DNA from: a virus
Direction: 5' to 3' (one strand)
Virus record (IMG/VR): IMGVR_UViG_3300031215_000009
Coordinates: 1 to 64,000 of that record
Length of the DNA stretch: 64,000 bases
Within the stretch, counting starts at the first letter, position 1. Every line of letters begins with the position of its first letter. The notes under the pieces were generated by a model that saw nothing but the letters and a program-made list of their open reading frames with translations, was not told the DNA's origin and made no database searches. The translations under genes were made by a program, and so were the position numbers. Shown one piece after another: positions 1 to 11,524 of the stretch.

Positions 1-1
1 T

Positions 2-3000
2 TCTAAATTCAAATTAGATAGTGAAGCGTTTTATGATAAGAAATATACTAATTTACCTCAAAATAAAGACATATCATCAAAATATGATGTAGATGTATTA
101 AGTGATTCTAATATCGCATTAGAGAACTCCAATGGAATAAAATTATTTGTTGATTATGAAAATGATTATAAACTTTTAAGTTCTGACATTAAAGGTGAAA
201 ACTTTTTACCTTATATTTATTCAACAGATGGTTTGTTTTATGATATTAACAACAATGTTGATTGGGAATCAAACGAAATTATATTAAAAGATACCTCAAT
301 AAACACACAAGATTTAAAAGGATATACAAAAGAAAGTTTAGGAATAATTCCGGCAACAAAAACAAATCAAGAAGGTAGGTCTTATTTTGAATTTACTATT
401 CAAGGTACTATGAATTCATTTGAATTACGTATAAGAGATGTAGATGAGGATTCAATCGACTTTGATATTAATAAAGTTTTTATTGGCGATTTTGGTATTC
501 CTGCAGGAACCTTTATCGGAAACAAGTTTTCTTTAGCTGGATTACCAGATGATATTTCAAATGCCGTTGTTGGTGCAATAAATGATTATTCAGAAAAGGA
601 TGAAGATTTTAATGTTTTAGCAATAACTAAATTCAACAAAGTTATAGTATTCACAAGGGGAACAAATGCTTATTGGAACAATTACGAATATTTGATGTTT
701 AGTGACGATGCTAATTTCGTAAATGTAATTAATGTTCCTTATAATACATTTATAAACACATCAGTTTATAATGCAGACCGTGCTGCAAATTTACCAATTG
801 AATTACCATCATTCAAAGACTATAATACTATTGTATCTGGTGCAACAAGTATGTTTGTAACACCTTCACAACATATATTAAGACAAAATTTCATAGGTGG
901 TAATGATAATGAAAAAAATAGAATAAGAATTTCAAAAGAATTTGTAAGTTATTTCAATAATAATTTGTTCTTAAAAACACAAGATTGGTATAGTCAAATA
1001 GTTTCAATTTGTGCTTATTTAGATGAACCAATTTTCCAAAATGGTAAAATTGTAAACTTTGATGATATAGATTCTTATATGACTATTAATAGTGATTCTA
1101 ATATTTGGGTATCCCCCGGAGCATATTGTGAATTATATGACGTAGAAACTAACAAAGTTGGATTAATGTCAATGTACCCAATCAAACAATTTGATGTGGA
1201 TCAATTTAGAAGTGATTATGGAAAAGACGGAGATGGATATATCCAAAAATTAAAAGATAATTATATTGCAAAAGGTGGTACAGCAAGTGGTGCAACTGCA
1301 AGTGGTATTCAAAATTCATTAAAATCATTCGAAGAACATGGATTTAAACGTCTTGGTGGAAAATTAGATGAAGCAACAGGTTCAATTAAACAAATTCAAA
1401 ATGAATATGATAGATTATTAGAAAATGAACTACCTCAATTATCAATTAAAGGTAGAATAATACCATACATTAATAAATGGGTATATGATGATGATGGATT
1501 AGATGTTAGAGAAAACAATTATAGATTGAATAGTAATAGTGCATTTAGTTACGATAACTTTGTACCATCTAATGTAAATGTATTACCTGATTTTAGGTTC
1601 TTTACACATGAATGGTATTACTTACAAGAATATCCACCATATTTGACAACAAAAGAAAAAATTGATTCCTTTTCTTACTTTGAAAATAAAATTATCATTG
1701 GAGCAACTGGATTAGCTGATGTTAATAATGATTACTTTACTAATTACTTTACACAATATAAAGTAGATGATAAATCATTTCCAAAAAAATCTAAATATTC
1801 AATAATTAGTGGTGGAAATGAAAATTCTTATGGGGAAACATTCTTTAGAGGTGCAAAAATTAAATTTAAAAGAAGAGTTGAAAATATTCAAGGACTTAAT
1901 TTCAATATCGAAAATATTGGAGTATATCCAAGTAGTGAATTTAATGATTATAAATTTAGTGCTGTTTTAACTAATGATACAAATAAAGCTATTGGATATA
2001 ATTTAATTGAAAATAAAAAATTCAAAACAATTACAATGTTCATTGAAGCTAATTTAGATGATTATTATTTATCAAGAGGTCCAATACCATCTGGGGCAAC
2101 TATGGGTGAATTATTTTTAGATAGAACCCTACTTTACACAATACAAGATAAATACAATTCAACAGGTAATTTTGCAGATATTTCAATATCCGGTGCAATA
2201 TCACCTTTTATTGAATTATCTAATGGATCACTTATTGCTAATTTCACTAAAATTCCAGCAGCAGTAGATGGTGGGACAAATTATGTAATAAATGGATTAT
2301 CAAATAGTGATACTGATTCATTACCTAATTTCGATAATGAAATTATTCCTGATGAAAATGGTACTTATAATAAAATAGAAATTGAAATTTCAACTACCGC
2401 TAAAATTGTAATAGATAATATTATTTCCGTTACTAAAAACACTATTACAGCAAAAACTTTTTTATTAATTACAGCAGGAACAACAAATGAAATTCAAGAA
2501 AATTATATAAACTTATACCCTACACCAACTCAATGTTTATCAAAAATGCCAATTTATTTATCTGGAGGATTTAATGCTTTTATAGGTATTTTACAAGATT
2601 TAAGTTTTGCCTCTATTTATGATAAAGTTAACAATGGTAGTCCTGATATATCATACACTACTATTAACGAAGATGGAAGTATTACTAAAGATACATTTAT
2701 AATAGAATTTGAATTATATTCAACAAATGCAAAATCTGATTATTTAAAAACTAAAGGTATTTTGTTTAATGGAGTAAAAAATAGTAACTTTAAACCAATT
2801 GGCCAAGAAACTACTGCATTAGAAAACACTTATGTTTCTACAATGTATAGATTTAATGGAAAATACAATCCAAAAGTTAAAGATGTTGTTTTATTTAAAG
2901 ATGTTTATGGTGCAACTGGAGATACTAAATTTACACCAGAAATTGTTGAAAAATTGAGATTTACAAATACTCAATTCTTTAGTACATATCCAGGGTTTGC

Positions 3001-3754
3001 ATTATATAAACAATTGTATATAAACAAAATTAATGAACAAAATCCATTCACAGTTTTAGACTTGAATATTGATAGTGCATTAAGACCAGAGTTTTGGAAA
3101 TTGGGTGAAATTTCACTTGATAAACAAGATTCTTATATTTTCAGAAGTTGTTGGGATAGTAATTATCATAGAAGATATGTTAGTAAAATAAACTATGAAA
3201 GATTACCCGGATATATAGAACCAAAAGAAGTTAGTAGTTTCTTAGCATCTACTATTATGAACATACCAGAAGAATTAAAATTAGAAATGTACACATTTAC
3301 TGACCAAATTCTAAATAGTAATTTTGATATTACGATAACAAGAAATTCTGGTAATACAATTTCAGGGGTTTTGAATAATACTAAAAAATTAGTAGATTCA
3401 ATTAGACCTAATTTAGTTGCATTATTTGAAAAATATGTAAATTATAAATTTAACTTTAATCAATTAGATACTCTAAATGATGATATTGATAGATACATAA
3501 AAACTAATATTTTACCTAGATATTTTGCAAACAATGTCTATGCTTATATAAAATATAGTAGTAAAGTATCAAACGAACCTTTAATTGTAAATAATTTGAC
3601 AGAACAACAATTGTTAATTGATGGATATATCAAATTAGAAAACATTAAATTTATAAAAGAAAGTTTTAATGAATTTGATTATAATTTTATTTTTTCAAAA
3701 CCATCAGATAAATCAGTAACTTTAGCATTCTTTACAAATATAAGTATAGTTTAG
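2..3754 (+). CDS. Large virion structural protein (baseplate/tail-associated), 5'-truncated by the window edge
   Basis: The frame of the 233..3754 ORF is open back to position 2, so the TTG at 233 is not the true start. N/T/S/G-rich, lies in a structural cluster. Confidence 0.6.
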   Translation, partial: SKFKLDSEAFYDKKYTNLPQNKDISSKYDVDVLSDSNIALENSNGIKLFVDYENDYKLLSSDIKGENFLPYIYSTDGLFYDINNNVDWESNEIILKDTSINTQDLKGYTKESLGIIPATKTNQEGRSYFEFTIQGTMNSFELRIRDVDEDSIDFDINKVFIGDFGIPAGTFIGNKFSLAGLPDDISNAVVGAINDYSEKDEDFNVLAITKFNKVIVFTRGTNAYWNNYEYLMFSDDANFVNVINVPYNTFINTSVYNADRAANLPIELPSFKDYNTIVSGATSMFVTPSQHILRQNFIGGNDNEKNRIRISKEFVSYFNNNLFLKTQDWYSQIVSICAYLDEPIFQNGKIVNFDDIDSYMTINSDSNIWVSPGAYCELYDVETNKVGLMSMYPIKQFDVDQFRSDYGKDGDGYIQKLKDNYIAKGGTASGATASGIQNSLKSFEEHGFKRLGGKLDEATGSIKQIQNEYDRLLENELPQLSIKGRIIPYINKWVYDDDGLDVRENNYRLNSNSAFSYDNFVPSNVNVLPDFRFFTHEWYYLQEYPPYLTTKEKIDSFSYFENKIIIGATGLADVNNDYFTNYFTQYKVDDKSFPKKSKYSIISGGNENSYGETFFRGAKIKFKRRVENIQGLNFNIENIGVYPSSEFNDYKFSAVLTNDTNKAIGYNLIENKKFKTITMFIEANLDDYYLSRGPIPSGATMGELFLDRTLLYTIQDKYNSTGNFADISISGAISPFIELSNGSLIANFTKIPAAVDGGTNYVINGLSNSDTDSLPNFDNEIIPDENGTYNKIEIEISTTAKIVIDNIISVTKNTITAKTFLLITAGTTNEIQENYINLYPTPTQCLSKMPIYLSGGFNAFIGILQDLSFASIYDKVNNGSPDISYTTINEDGSITKDTFIIEFELYSTNAKSDYLKTKGILFNGVKNSNFKPIGQETTALENTYVSTMYRFNGKYNPKVKDVVLFKDVYGATGDTKFTPEIVEKLRFTNTQFFSTYPGFALYKQLYINKINEQNPFTVLDLNIDSALRPEFWKLGEISLDKQDSYIFRSCWDSNYHRRYVSKINYERLPGYIEPKEVSSFLASTIMNIPEELKLEMYTFTDQILNSNFDITITRNSGNTISGVLNNTKKLVDSIRPNLVALFEKYVNYKFNFNQLDTLNDDIDRYIKTNILPRYFANNVYAYIKYSSKVSNEPLIVNNLTEQQLLIDGYIKLENIKFIKESFNEFDYNFIFSKPSDKSVTLAFFTNISIV

Positions 3755-3810
3755 AGTTGATTAAATATTCTATCACTGAGAGTTTACTCTTAAAAAATTA
3801 AGTTGACTAA

Positions 3811-6800
3811 ATGGCAAATATAAGCATAAAAGAACTATTCGGTTCAGATACAATTACAGCATTAACTGAAAAAATTAATTATAATTTTGACCAATTAATA
3901 TTGGCTGGAGGAGGACCAGAAGGACCAATTGGACCAACAGGTAACAATGGAGTTGCAGGACCAGATGGACTTAGAGGTTCACAATGGTTTGGAGAATCAG
4001 GTGCCACTGGTACTATAAATCAACCAACAGATGGTACTTTTAGAGAAAATGATTTTAAATTAAACACTAATGGAGATGTTGTATATTATAACAATAATAT
4101 ATGGAATTCTGCTGGAATTAATCTTACAGGGCCTGCAGGACCAACAGGTTCATCAGGAGATGGTTCTATTAAAATTTTAGCTGGTAAGAATGAATTCCAT
4201 CCTACTTGGAATAATCAATTTGTACCAGATTATCAACAATTACAAACTTATTTAGCAACAAACTTTTTAAACGACAAAGATGATTATGACAATAATGCAG
4301 TTGGGTTTAATAATGCTGGACTTGATTTTATTGGATTAGGTAGAGGAAATAATTCATTAGTTCTTGGTAGATATGCTTCAATGTTTAGAAACACATCAAC
4401 AGGAGCAGGAGGTACCTTTAGTCCCGCTTCTGGTAATAAAACAATGGCAAATTTACCATCAAGTGAATCTGATGTACCTATGTTATTTATTAGTCAAAAT
4501 GACTATAAAGACCCAACAGAAGCTAAAAGTTTTAGTAATGGTATTGCTATTGGACTTACGAAATCACAAAAATCTGAAGATTATACTGATGGGAAATTTG
4601 GAGTAGATGCCCCAATGGACTATAATGATTTTGCAAATATTAGTATTGAAAATAGGTGGATGGACTTTAAGATTGAAGTCCCTGCATTATTTAGATTAAA
4701 AGGTAAAAATTCACTTAGTGAATTTAGATTAGGAACACGTACAACGAGAGCTGGTCAATCTAATGTTCAAGATATTTCAACTAAATTAGAATCTCAAATA
4801 TATACAGAAGTAAACTTAAATGATTCCTTTGTTGTTACTTTATCTAGTAATGAATCAAATCATGATTTAGGTGTAATTCACAGAGGTGAATATAATTATA
4901 CAGAAAATAAAAGAATATATAATCCTACTGAGGATTTAAGAAAGAATGTAAGTAAATCATTTGTAACACCTGGTGATACAACATTTACTGATGGACAAGC
5001 TAATGAAATTGTATTAGTTAACAGAACAATACTTGAAACTATAACAACTGGCGGCACTGCAGATAAAGGTAAAGTTAATAATAATTATATTGATTCAAAT
5101 AATTTTAATTCTAATGATAGTAAACTACCATTTAGATTAGGACAAACATTCGTAAAAGTACCAGTAGTTTCTAATGGTGGACCTTTACCAATCTCACAAA
5201 GAAATATAAGTTTACATTATCAAGGATTTGGTTATGACCAATCTATTATTTCTTATTCTGGTAATGATGATGTATTTGGTGGTGAAACTCCAATCAACAC
5301 ATCAGGTAAACCGATTGATGCTTTGTTACCTAATGATAATACTTTAGAAAATTATTTAGGTTATGATATTAAATTACCAATTACTGACCAAGAAGGTTCA
5401 AGGTCAATGTCAAGAATGGGTTTATATCCTGGTTTATTTAGAAAAGAAAAAGTAGGTGGTGCTTATGATAATGATGGTGACCCATTAGGTGAAAATAGAA
5501 AAGATGATTTCTTTGATATTGCACATAAAATGTTACCAACAGGTTCTATGGATTTATACGGAACAGTTAGATTAAGACAACAAGGTGAAACAGATAATGG
5601 AGCACAAGATGGATGGATAGCAATTAATAAGAAAGATGGAATTGTAACTTTCGAAGAACCAAATAAAGTTAATACAACTCCTACTTATGCTATTATGTCT
5701 TTTCCAGAATTAGCATCTAATAAATTTAGTTTCTATGTAAATTCTAGAAAAGATATAGGTGTAACTGGTAATGCTTTTGACAACGCTCTTAATTTTAGAT
5801 TAGGTAGTACTGGAATAGGTATGGCGTTCCCTGGTAAAGGTTCTGATGAACTTAAAGATTATTATATTTGTAACGGGGCAGTTTTAGCAGACGAAAGAGA
5901 TATTTTAATAACAGGACCATATAGTAAAATGAAAGGTATGAATGTTCATGCTAATGTTGATGTTGAAAATGGGTTTGTAAATACAGGAGATTCGATGCTT
6001 TATACTTCTAATGATAAATTCGAGGGGTTACTTGGACAAACACATAGTACATTTGAATTGGATTTAGGTGGTACAATAACATCTTATGGTATTAGTTATG
6101 GTAATGCTGATTTTAGAAGAACTTATCCTATATGGGGATATAGTGTTTTAGCACCAAAAACTGCAGAGTCAGGGTTTAGAATCGTACTACCTAATTACTT
6201 TGGTAGAGTTCAAAAAATGATATTTCCAGATTCTGATACGATTATTAGAGCAGTTGCTGGTAATACCAGTTCAAGAAGCGATTATACTTTAGGATTCCGA
6301 ACTACAGGACAACATAGGGGTGATGGATTTCAATACTATACACCAGATAAATATTATAATAGTAGATGGATGATGAAAGGAGCGTTTGAATCTTTAGGAT
6401 TTCCTTATTTAATGAAACAACATTTCCCAGATACATATCATGCACATGTTCAAAGAGACTTATATACAGAAGTTTCTGATAAGTCATTGTTGGGAGGAAC
6501 TGGGGATTGGACTTTAGAACAGGGACCTCCTACAATTGCAGGTGGTGGCTTTCCAATAACAAGGTATCCTAAATTAACTGGAGAGGGTACTTTCTCAGTA
6601 TCAAATGAACATACACACCGGGAACAACAAGTTAATTCATATTTTGAGGATAGTTTCATGACGGAGAATAATTATCAATATTTGACTTATTATAGAGATA
6701 GTAAACCACTTCATCCAAATCCAGCAGTAGATTTAACACCTAACTTTAAAGATAAACCATACACAGATAAAAATCCTTTTGGGTTTGGACAAAAATTTAT

Positions 6801-7281
6801 AGAACCACCATTTAAAGGTACTTATATGGCGATTAATTTAAAAGGTGTAAGAAACCCATTAAGAAACAATACCTTAATTAATGATTTTCATTTTATTGCT
6901 GGTGTTCCACAATCTGGAATATCATCTCAAGATGATATGTCTTGGGGTTCTTATGTTTCATCATCATATAATAATATATATGAGGAATCGCAACATACAA
7001 TGACAGGTGCAATATACAATACTGATCCAAATGATATTACTCCATATCTTAATGATTATAACTTAAATGCAATTGAATATGGATTCAAAGCTATTCTTAG
7101 AAATGATAATACTATGCATCCTTATACATTTTACAATTCGAATGATTCATCAGGACAAAATAATAAAATGGTAAGACCATTAGATTTTACTGATCCATTA
7201 TTAAATAATTATGAAAGAAACACATTTGATGTTTATAAAACTAACATATCAAGAAATTCAATATATGACACAAGACCATGA
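3811..7281 (+). CDS. Tail fibre/baseplate-attached protein with short collagen-like G-P-x repeats
   Basis: GPEGPIGPTGNNGVAGPDG and GPAGPTG near the N-terminus. N-terminal ...KINYNFDQL segment resembles that of 22796. YYICNG...LPNYFGR resembles a tail-collar motif. TTAAATA box upstream. Confidence 0.6.
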   Translation: MANISIKELFGSDTITALTEKINYNFDQLILAGGGPEGPIGPTGNNGVAGPDGLRGSQWFGESGATGTINQPTDGTFRENDFKLNTNGDVVYYNNNIWNSAGINLTGPAGPTGSSGDGSIKILAGKNEFHPTWNNQFVPDYQQLQTYLATNFLNDKDDYDNNAVGFNNAGLDFIGLGRGNNSLVLGRYASMFRNTSTGAGGTFSPASGNKTMANLPSSESDVPMLFISQNDYKDPTEAKSFSNGIAIGLTKSQKSEDYTDGKFGVDAPMDYNDFANISIENRWMDFKIEVPALFRLKGKNSLSEFRLGTRTTRAGQSNVQDISTKLESQIYTEVNLNDSFVVTLSSNESNHDLGVIHRGEYNYTENKRIYNPTEDLRKNVSKSFVTPGDTTFTDGQANEIVLVNRTILETITTGGTADKGKVNNNYIDSNNFNSNDSKLPFRLGQTFVKVPVVSNGGPLPISQRNISLHYQGFGYDQSIISYSGNDDVFGGETPINTSGKPIDALLPNDNTLENYLGYDIKLPITDQEGSRSMSRMGLYPGLFRKEKVGGAYDNDGDPLGENRKDDFFDIAHKMLPTGSMDLYGTVRLRQQGETDNGAQDGWIAINKKDGIVTFEEPNKVNTTPTYAIMSFPELASNKFSFYVNSRKDIGVTGNAFDNALNFRLGSTGIGMAFPGKGSDELKDYYICNGAVLADERDILITGPYSKMKGMNVHANVDVENGFVNTGDSMLYTSNDKFEGLLGQTHSTFELDLGGTITSYGISYGNADFRRTYPIWGYSVLAPKTAESGFRIVLPNYFGRVQKMIFPDSDTIIRAVAGNTSSRSDYTLGFRTTGQHRGDGFQYYTPDKYYNSRWMMKGAFESLGFPYLMKQHFPDTYHAHVQRDLYTEVSDKSLLGGTGDWTLEQGPPTIAGGGFPITRYPKLTGEGTFSVSNEHTHREQQVNSYFEDSFMTENNYQYLTYYRDSKPLHPNPAVDLTPNFKDKPYTDKNPFGFGQKFIEPPFKGTYMAINLKGVRNPLRNNTLINDFHFIAGVPQSGISSQDDMSWGSYVSSSYNNIYEESQHTMTGAIYNTDPNDITPYLNDYNLNAIEYGFKAILRNDNTMHPYTFYNSNDSSGQNNKMVRPLDFTDPLLNNYERNTFDVYKTNISRNSIYDTRP

Positions 7282-8069
7282 TAATTAACGGAAAAGAATA
7301 TAATATATCAAGTAAATTAATAATTACAGTGCTAATAGGGATAATACTCCTATTAGCTAAATGTAATAGTGATAAAATTTCTGAAATACAAGCACAATTT
7401 ATTACAAGTCAAAACAACATTTCAGTGTTGCAAGATTCTATAATTACTTATACAACTAAAAATGGTTCATTAATTAGTGAAAGAGGTATTTTGATTGCTG
7501 AAAAAGAAGAATTGAAAACTTTAAACGCTGGGTTATATGAAGTAGTTAATAATTTAGAAAAATCTATTCCTAATATGAAACCTATTGTTGTTGTTGAATA
7601 TATCACATCAATTGAAACAGATACAGTTTACTTAAAATCTGACTTAGTTGCAATTAACGATAGTACTTATAATGTAAAATTTGGAAAAGATACTATTTAT
7701 GATGAAAATAATTCTAGACAAATTACTGGTGAGGTAACTATTAATCTTAAAAGTGATTCTACGGAGTTTAATCAAGTTCAAGTAGGTAATGTATCATTAA
7801 CTAAAGATAAAGTCAATATAACAGCTTCTTTGGTCATTGGAGAAAGAGATGGAGATTTAAAAGTTTGGTTAGAAACAAAATATCCTGGATTTTCTACAGA
7901 TGAAATTGAAGCTGTTACTTTAGATCCAGATATACACCCAGAACTTAAAAAGTTGAAAAATACTAAAAAGTTTAGTGTTGGTCCTTATATTGGATTTGGA
8001 CTTGGTGAAAATTTCTCAATATCACCAAGTGTTGGTATTGGTGTTCAATACTCTATCTTCAAATTTTAA
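7278..8069 (+). CDS. Putative spanin-like lysis/envelope protein
   Basis: N-terminal hydrophobic helix ending LLAKC, a coiled-coil stretch, and a C-terminal amphipathic beta-hairpin ending in an aromatic residue (GVQYSIFKF). Confidence 0.45.
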   Translation: MIINGKEYNISSKLIITVLIGIILLLAKCNSDKISEIQAQFITSQNNISVLQDSIITYTTKNGSLISERGILIAEKEELKTLNAGLYEVVNNLEKSIPNMKPIVVVEYITSIETDTVYLKSDLVAINDSTYNVKFGKDTIYDENNSRQITGEVTINLKSDSTEFNQVQVGNVSLTKDKVNITASLVIGERDGDLKVWLETKYPGFSTDEIEAVTLDPDIHPELKKLKNTKKFSVGPYIGFGLGENFSISPSVGIGVQYSIFKF

Positions 8070-8142
8070 ACAATTCTTTCTTATAACTGTTATTTATCAG
8101 TGATTAAATACATTAAGTAATTTAAAAAAGAAAGTACACTAT

Positions 8143-10374
8143 ATGAACGTTTTTCTAAACTTGGATAGTTCAGATTTCCTAATCGAATATAAATACTATG
8201 ATTCTGCAAGTCCAGAAATCATAACAACAACGGATGCCCCATTTTACTTTATGCAAAATGGTCACACTGATGTACCTTTGTTGATGAATGACGATGCTTC
8301 TGAAAATAAAACTAATAACACAAGAACACATTCAGTTGCACAAATTGAATCTCAATCTAAACAATTTGCATTATTAACACCTAATAAATTAGGTGCTGTA
8401 TATAATGACTATGATGCTAAATTAACAGATACTACAAGTTTACCATTAATTTTTGGAACACAAGAAGGAATAATTTACGATACTGTACGAATACATTTAA
8501 TTCAAGGATTTAGTTTTAATGACTATTTTTCTGGGATTAATTTAGATATTAAAGTTAAAGATAAATCTGGAGCTTCAATAAGTCTTTTAAGTGCTATTTA
8601 TAGAAAAGAAGATAATTTTGAAATAATGAATCCAAATCCTTTCCTTTATTCGGGAAGACAATATTCATCTTATATTGAATTTAAAGTACCATCATTAAAA
8701 TACTTAATTGACAGTTATATAGTGAAATATATACAAGGTTCAAATTCAGATATATTATCATATAAAATTTCTAATGGAAATGGATTTTATAGAAATACAC
8801 TAATTGAAATTACAGCAGGTAGATTTTCACAAACTACAAAACAAGACAACCAACTTTTCAATAAAAGACTTACTGGAGAATCAACATCTATTTCATCACA
8901 AGATGAATTTTCAGACGTTGGTGTTTTTATAAATGAAAGTTCTGAGGGTGACTATATTGAATTTTATGGAACATATCAAGGTTCAATTTTTGGTGATTAT
9001 ATGCAAAGATTGAATACAAGTGGAACAGGACAATATATAGCAATACATAAATTAATAATTACTGAACAAATACCTAATACAACAGGTCAATATCAAATTG
9101 TTGGTAATTACAATCCATTAACAAATGTACCAGATTTGAGTGACAATAGTTATTTATCAAATTTTGTTGATGGTAATTATTGGGTTGCAAAAGAAACCGG
9201 ATTTAATGTTGATATTAATCAAAATGTTAATAAAGGTAATTTTGTTGTTTATAATCCACTATTACCTGGTACTATTAAAGTTGAAGTTATTGATTCGCAA
9301 GATATTGAAAATTATAGTGACATTGCACAATTTATTAGATCTGGTGACCAAGAATTTATTCAAGATGATAAATTCGAAGAGGTTAATAATTTTAGACCAG
9401 TATTGAAATTTGGTGGTAGTGCATTATCATATAGAATAAATTATACATTACAAATTTTCAACACAAGTACAAATGCAACTATTGAAAAAATGGGTTCATT
9501 TGTAAGTTTTCAACCACAAAAATATGGTAAAGAATTGTTAAAATTAAACACAAGAGATAATATACAAATTTTTGATGTATTTAATAAGAAAATAACAAAT
9601 AATATTATAAATACTAATACACAATCAAAACCAAATGCTATTGAAAATACAAGTTTATATAGTAAAAACATAACATCATTTAAACAATCAAATTCAGTAT
9701 ATTCTGGTGTAACGGAAGTTAGTATCAATTCAAGTGGGGAAATAGTACCTAAAATAAACCCAGAATCTGTAATTAACATCAAAGGTCAAGGAACAGCAAC
9801 TGTTTATATTTCACCTTTTGATACATTTTTGCAATTTGGAATATACGAACAAATAGAAGATAAATCATTCAGAAGTATTGATTTAGATAAAGTTGGTCAA
9901 ATATTCTTAAACTTTACAAATAAGTCAGGCGAAATAATAAAAATTTCATCTACTAAGAATAAAAACGTAGATTCTTCTAAAGGTCAAGTATTATTTAGAA
10001 TCAAACCTGATTTATATAATCAAATTATAAATTCTGGAAATGATGTGTTTTATATAACATCTAAAGTAGGAATTAATAGTGCAGAAACTCCTCTATATAC
10101 TGGAAAATATAAAGATTATTCAAATATACCAGAAGATGAAACAGAAATATTAATTGGATCACAAAGACAGACTATTAATGATTTGAACGAGAGTGTTGCA
10201 GATTTAGAAAAAAGATTATTACTGAAACATACTATTGCAGGACCTACTGGGAAAGCAAAAGGAGGAACAGCAAATGATAAATCTATAAACAAAAATTCAA
10301 TGAATGTTAAAACAAGTACATTCAATCCATTTGGACCAACGAGTGGTTCTATTACAGGACCAACAAGTAATTAA
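8143..10374 (+). CDS. Virion structural protein (hypothetical)
   Basis: 743-aa beta-rich ORF with a TTAAATA box at about 8104. Confidence 0.5.
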   Translation: MNVFLNLDSSDFLIEYKYYDSASPEIITTTDAPFYFMQNGHTDVPLLMNDDASENKTNNTRTHSVAQIESQSKQFALLTPNKLGAVYNDYDAKLTDTTSLPLIFGTQEGIIYDTVRIHLIQGFSFNDYFSGINLDIKVKDKSGASISLLSAIYRKEDNFEIMNPNPFLYSGRQYSSYIEFKVPSLKYLIDSYIVKYIQGSNSDILSYKISNGNGFYRNTLIEITAGRFSQTTKQDNQLFNKRLTGESTSISSQDEFSDVGVFINESSEGDYIEFYGTYQGSIFGDYMQRLNTSGTGQYIAIHKLIITEQIPNTTGQYQIVGNYNPLTNVPDLSDNSYLSNFVDGNYWVAKETGFNVDINQNVNKGNFVVYNPLLPGTIKVEVIDSQDIENYSDIAQFIRSGDQEFIQDDKFEEVNNFRPVLKFGGSALSYRINYTLQIFNTSTNATIEKMGSFVSFQPQKYGKELLKLNTRDNIQIFDVFNKKITNNIINTNTQSKPNAIENTSLYSKNITSFKQSNSVYSGVTEVSINSSGEIVPKINPESVINIKGQGTATVYISPFDTFLQFGIYEQIEDKSFRSIDLDKVGQIFLNFTNKSGEIIKISSTKNKNVDSSKGQVLFRIKPDLYNQIINSGNDVFYITSKVGINSAETPLYTGKYKDYSNIPEDETEILIGSQRQTINDLNESVADLEKRLLLKHTIAGPTGKAKGGTANDKSINKNSMNVKTSTFNPFGPTSGSITGPTSN

Positions 10375-11480
10375 TATAATATGTCTGAAAGTCTTTTTGA
10401 TATTTCGGACTTATTATATAACCATATAAAACCATTAGATTGTTTATAATTCCCTAAACAAGATTGTGAAATACCACTACCAAATCCAGATTTATTCTTA
10501 GCATCTTGATATGAATTATATTCACACAAAAAGTCACCAGATAATGTAAACTGATAAACTGGTTTGTTTTTACCACTTAAATTATTTTTAGATATTTCAG
10601 TTACTCTATTTTTTAAATCATCTAAATTATTTTCATACAACCATATAAATCCACAGACGTGTCTATAATTAATATCACCTCTACAACATTTACCAATAGA
10701 ATTATTATTAAATTTATCAATAGCACTTTTCAACGTAGAGAAAATATTTATTAACTCACCATTTAAATCATATTGGTGAACCTTTCTGTTATAAATAGTT
10801 TTAGTGTTTTTTAGTTTTTCTATTCTTTTTTCTAAATCTGTTAAATTATCTTCATATAACCATATAAATCCACCAACGTGAGGATATTTATTACCTTTAG
10901 CACATTGTCCAATAATACTATTTGATAAATTTAATTTTTTAGAAGCTTCCTTGCAAGAATTGAATTTAGTTATGAAAATACCTTCCTTACTATATTGATA
11001 AACTTCCTTTCCATTGACAGAAACAAAATCATTTTTTAGTGAACTATAATCTTCACACTTGATAGTTCCTGATTTTCCCGTTTTTAAACAGCGAACCACC
11101 ATTGAACCACACCTATTCCAACCTAATTTAGGTATAGATATATTATACGTGTCTTTTCTTTTAATATATTGCTTATCAACTATTTCAATTTCTCTTAATT
11201 CTGCTTCTTTTCTACTTCCATGAAACGATAATATTTCAAATTTAATTTCCTTAGACATTATAATGTCTTGTTTATAAAATAAATGTAAAGATGAACCTAC
11301 ATACTTATCTTTAGTCCAATCAAAATGTGTTCTTACTCCAATATATTCCATATTAGTATATGGAATATTGATTTTATATATATAATGGAACTTGCCATCA
11401 TTACCTTTAAATATACTAGCATTAGTAAATAAATATTTTTTTATTGATTTACCTAGTAATTTCTTTTCGATTAAATACAT
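10371..11480 (-). CDS. GIY-YIG homing endonuclease with three NUMOD1-type DNA-binding repeats
   Basis: YIYKINIPYTNMEYIG...R...EAELRE...YN catalytic domain, followed by three VxQ(Y/F)xxxGxxxxx(F/Y) ... GFIWLY repeats. Confidence 0.85.
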   Translation of the reverse strand: MYLIEKKLLGKSIKKYLFTNASIFKGNDGKFHYIYKINIPYTNMEYIGVRTHFDWTKDKYVGSSLHLFYKQDIIMSKEIKFEILSFHGSRKEAELREIEIVDKQYIKRKDTYNISIPKLGWNRCGSMVVRCLKTGKSGTIKCEDYSSLKNDFVSVNGKEVYQYSKEGIFITKFNSCKEASKKLNLSNSIIGQCAKGNKYPHVGGFIWLYEDNLTDLEKRIEKLKNTKTIYNRKVHQYDLNGELINIFSTLKSAIDKFNNNSIGKCCRGDINYRHVCGFIWLYENNLDDLKNRVTEISKNNLSGKNKPVYQFTLSGDFLCEYNSYQDAKNKSGFGSGISQSCLGNYKQSNGFIWLYNKSEISKRLSDILY

Positions 11481-11524
11481 AAAATAGATTAAGTTTATAC
11501 TATTTAATCAATACAAATTATATT

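Noticed and set aside
233-235. TTG start of the first ORF, and the track starts at 38470, 40332 and 49406
   Set aside because: The first frame is open to the window edge. The other starts lie in terminator hairpins or upstream of better ATGs (38494, 40359, 49436).
3811-7281. Diversity-generating retroelement target in the fibre genes
   Set aside because: No reverse transcriptase and no template/variable repeat pair were seen in this window.
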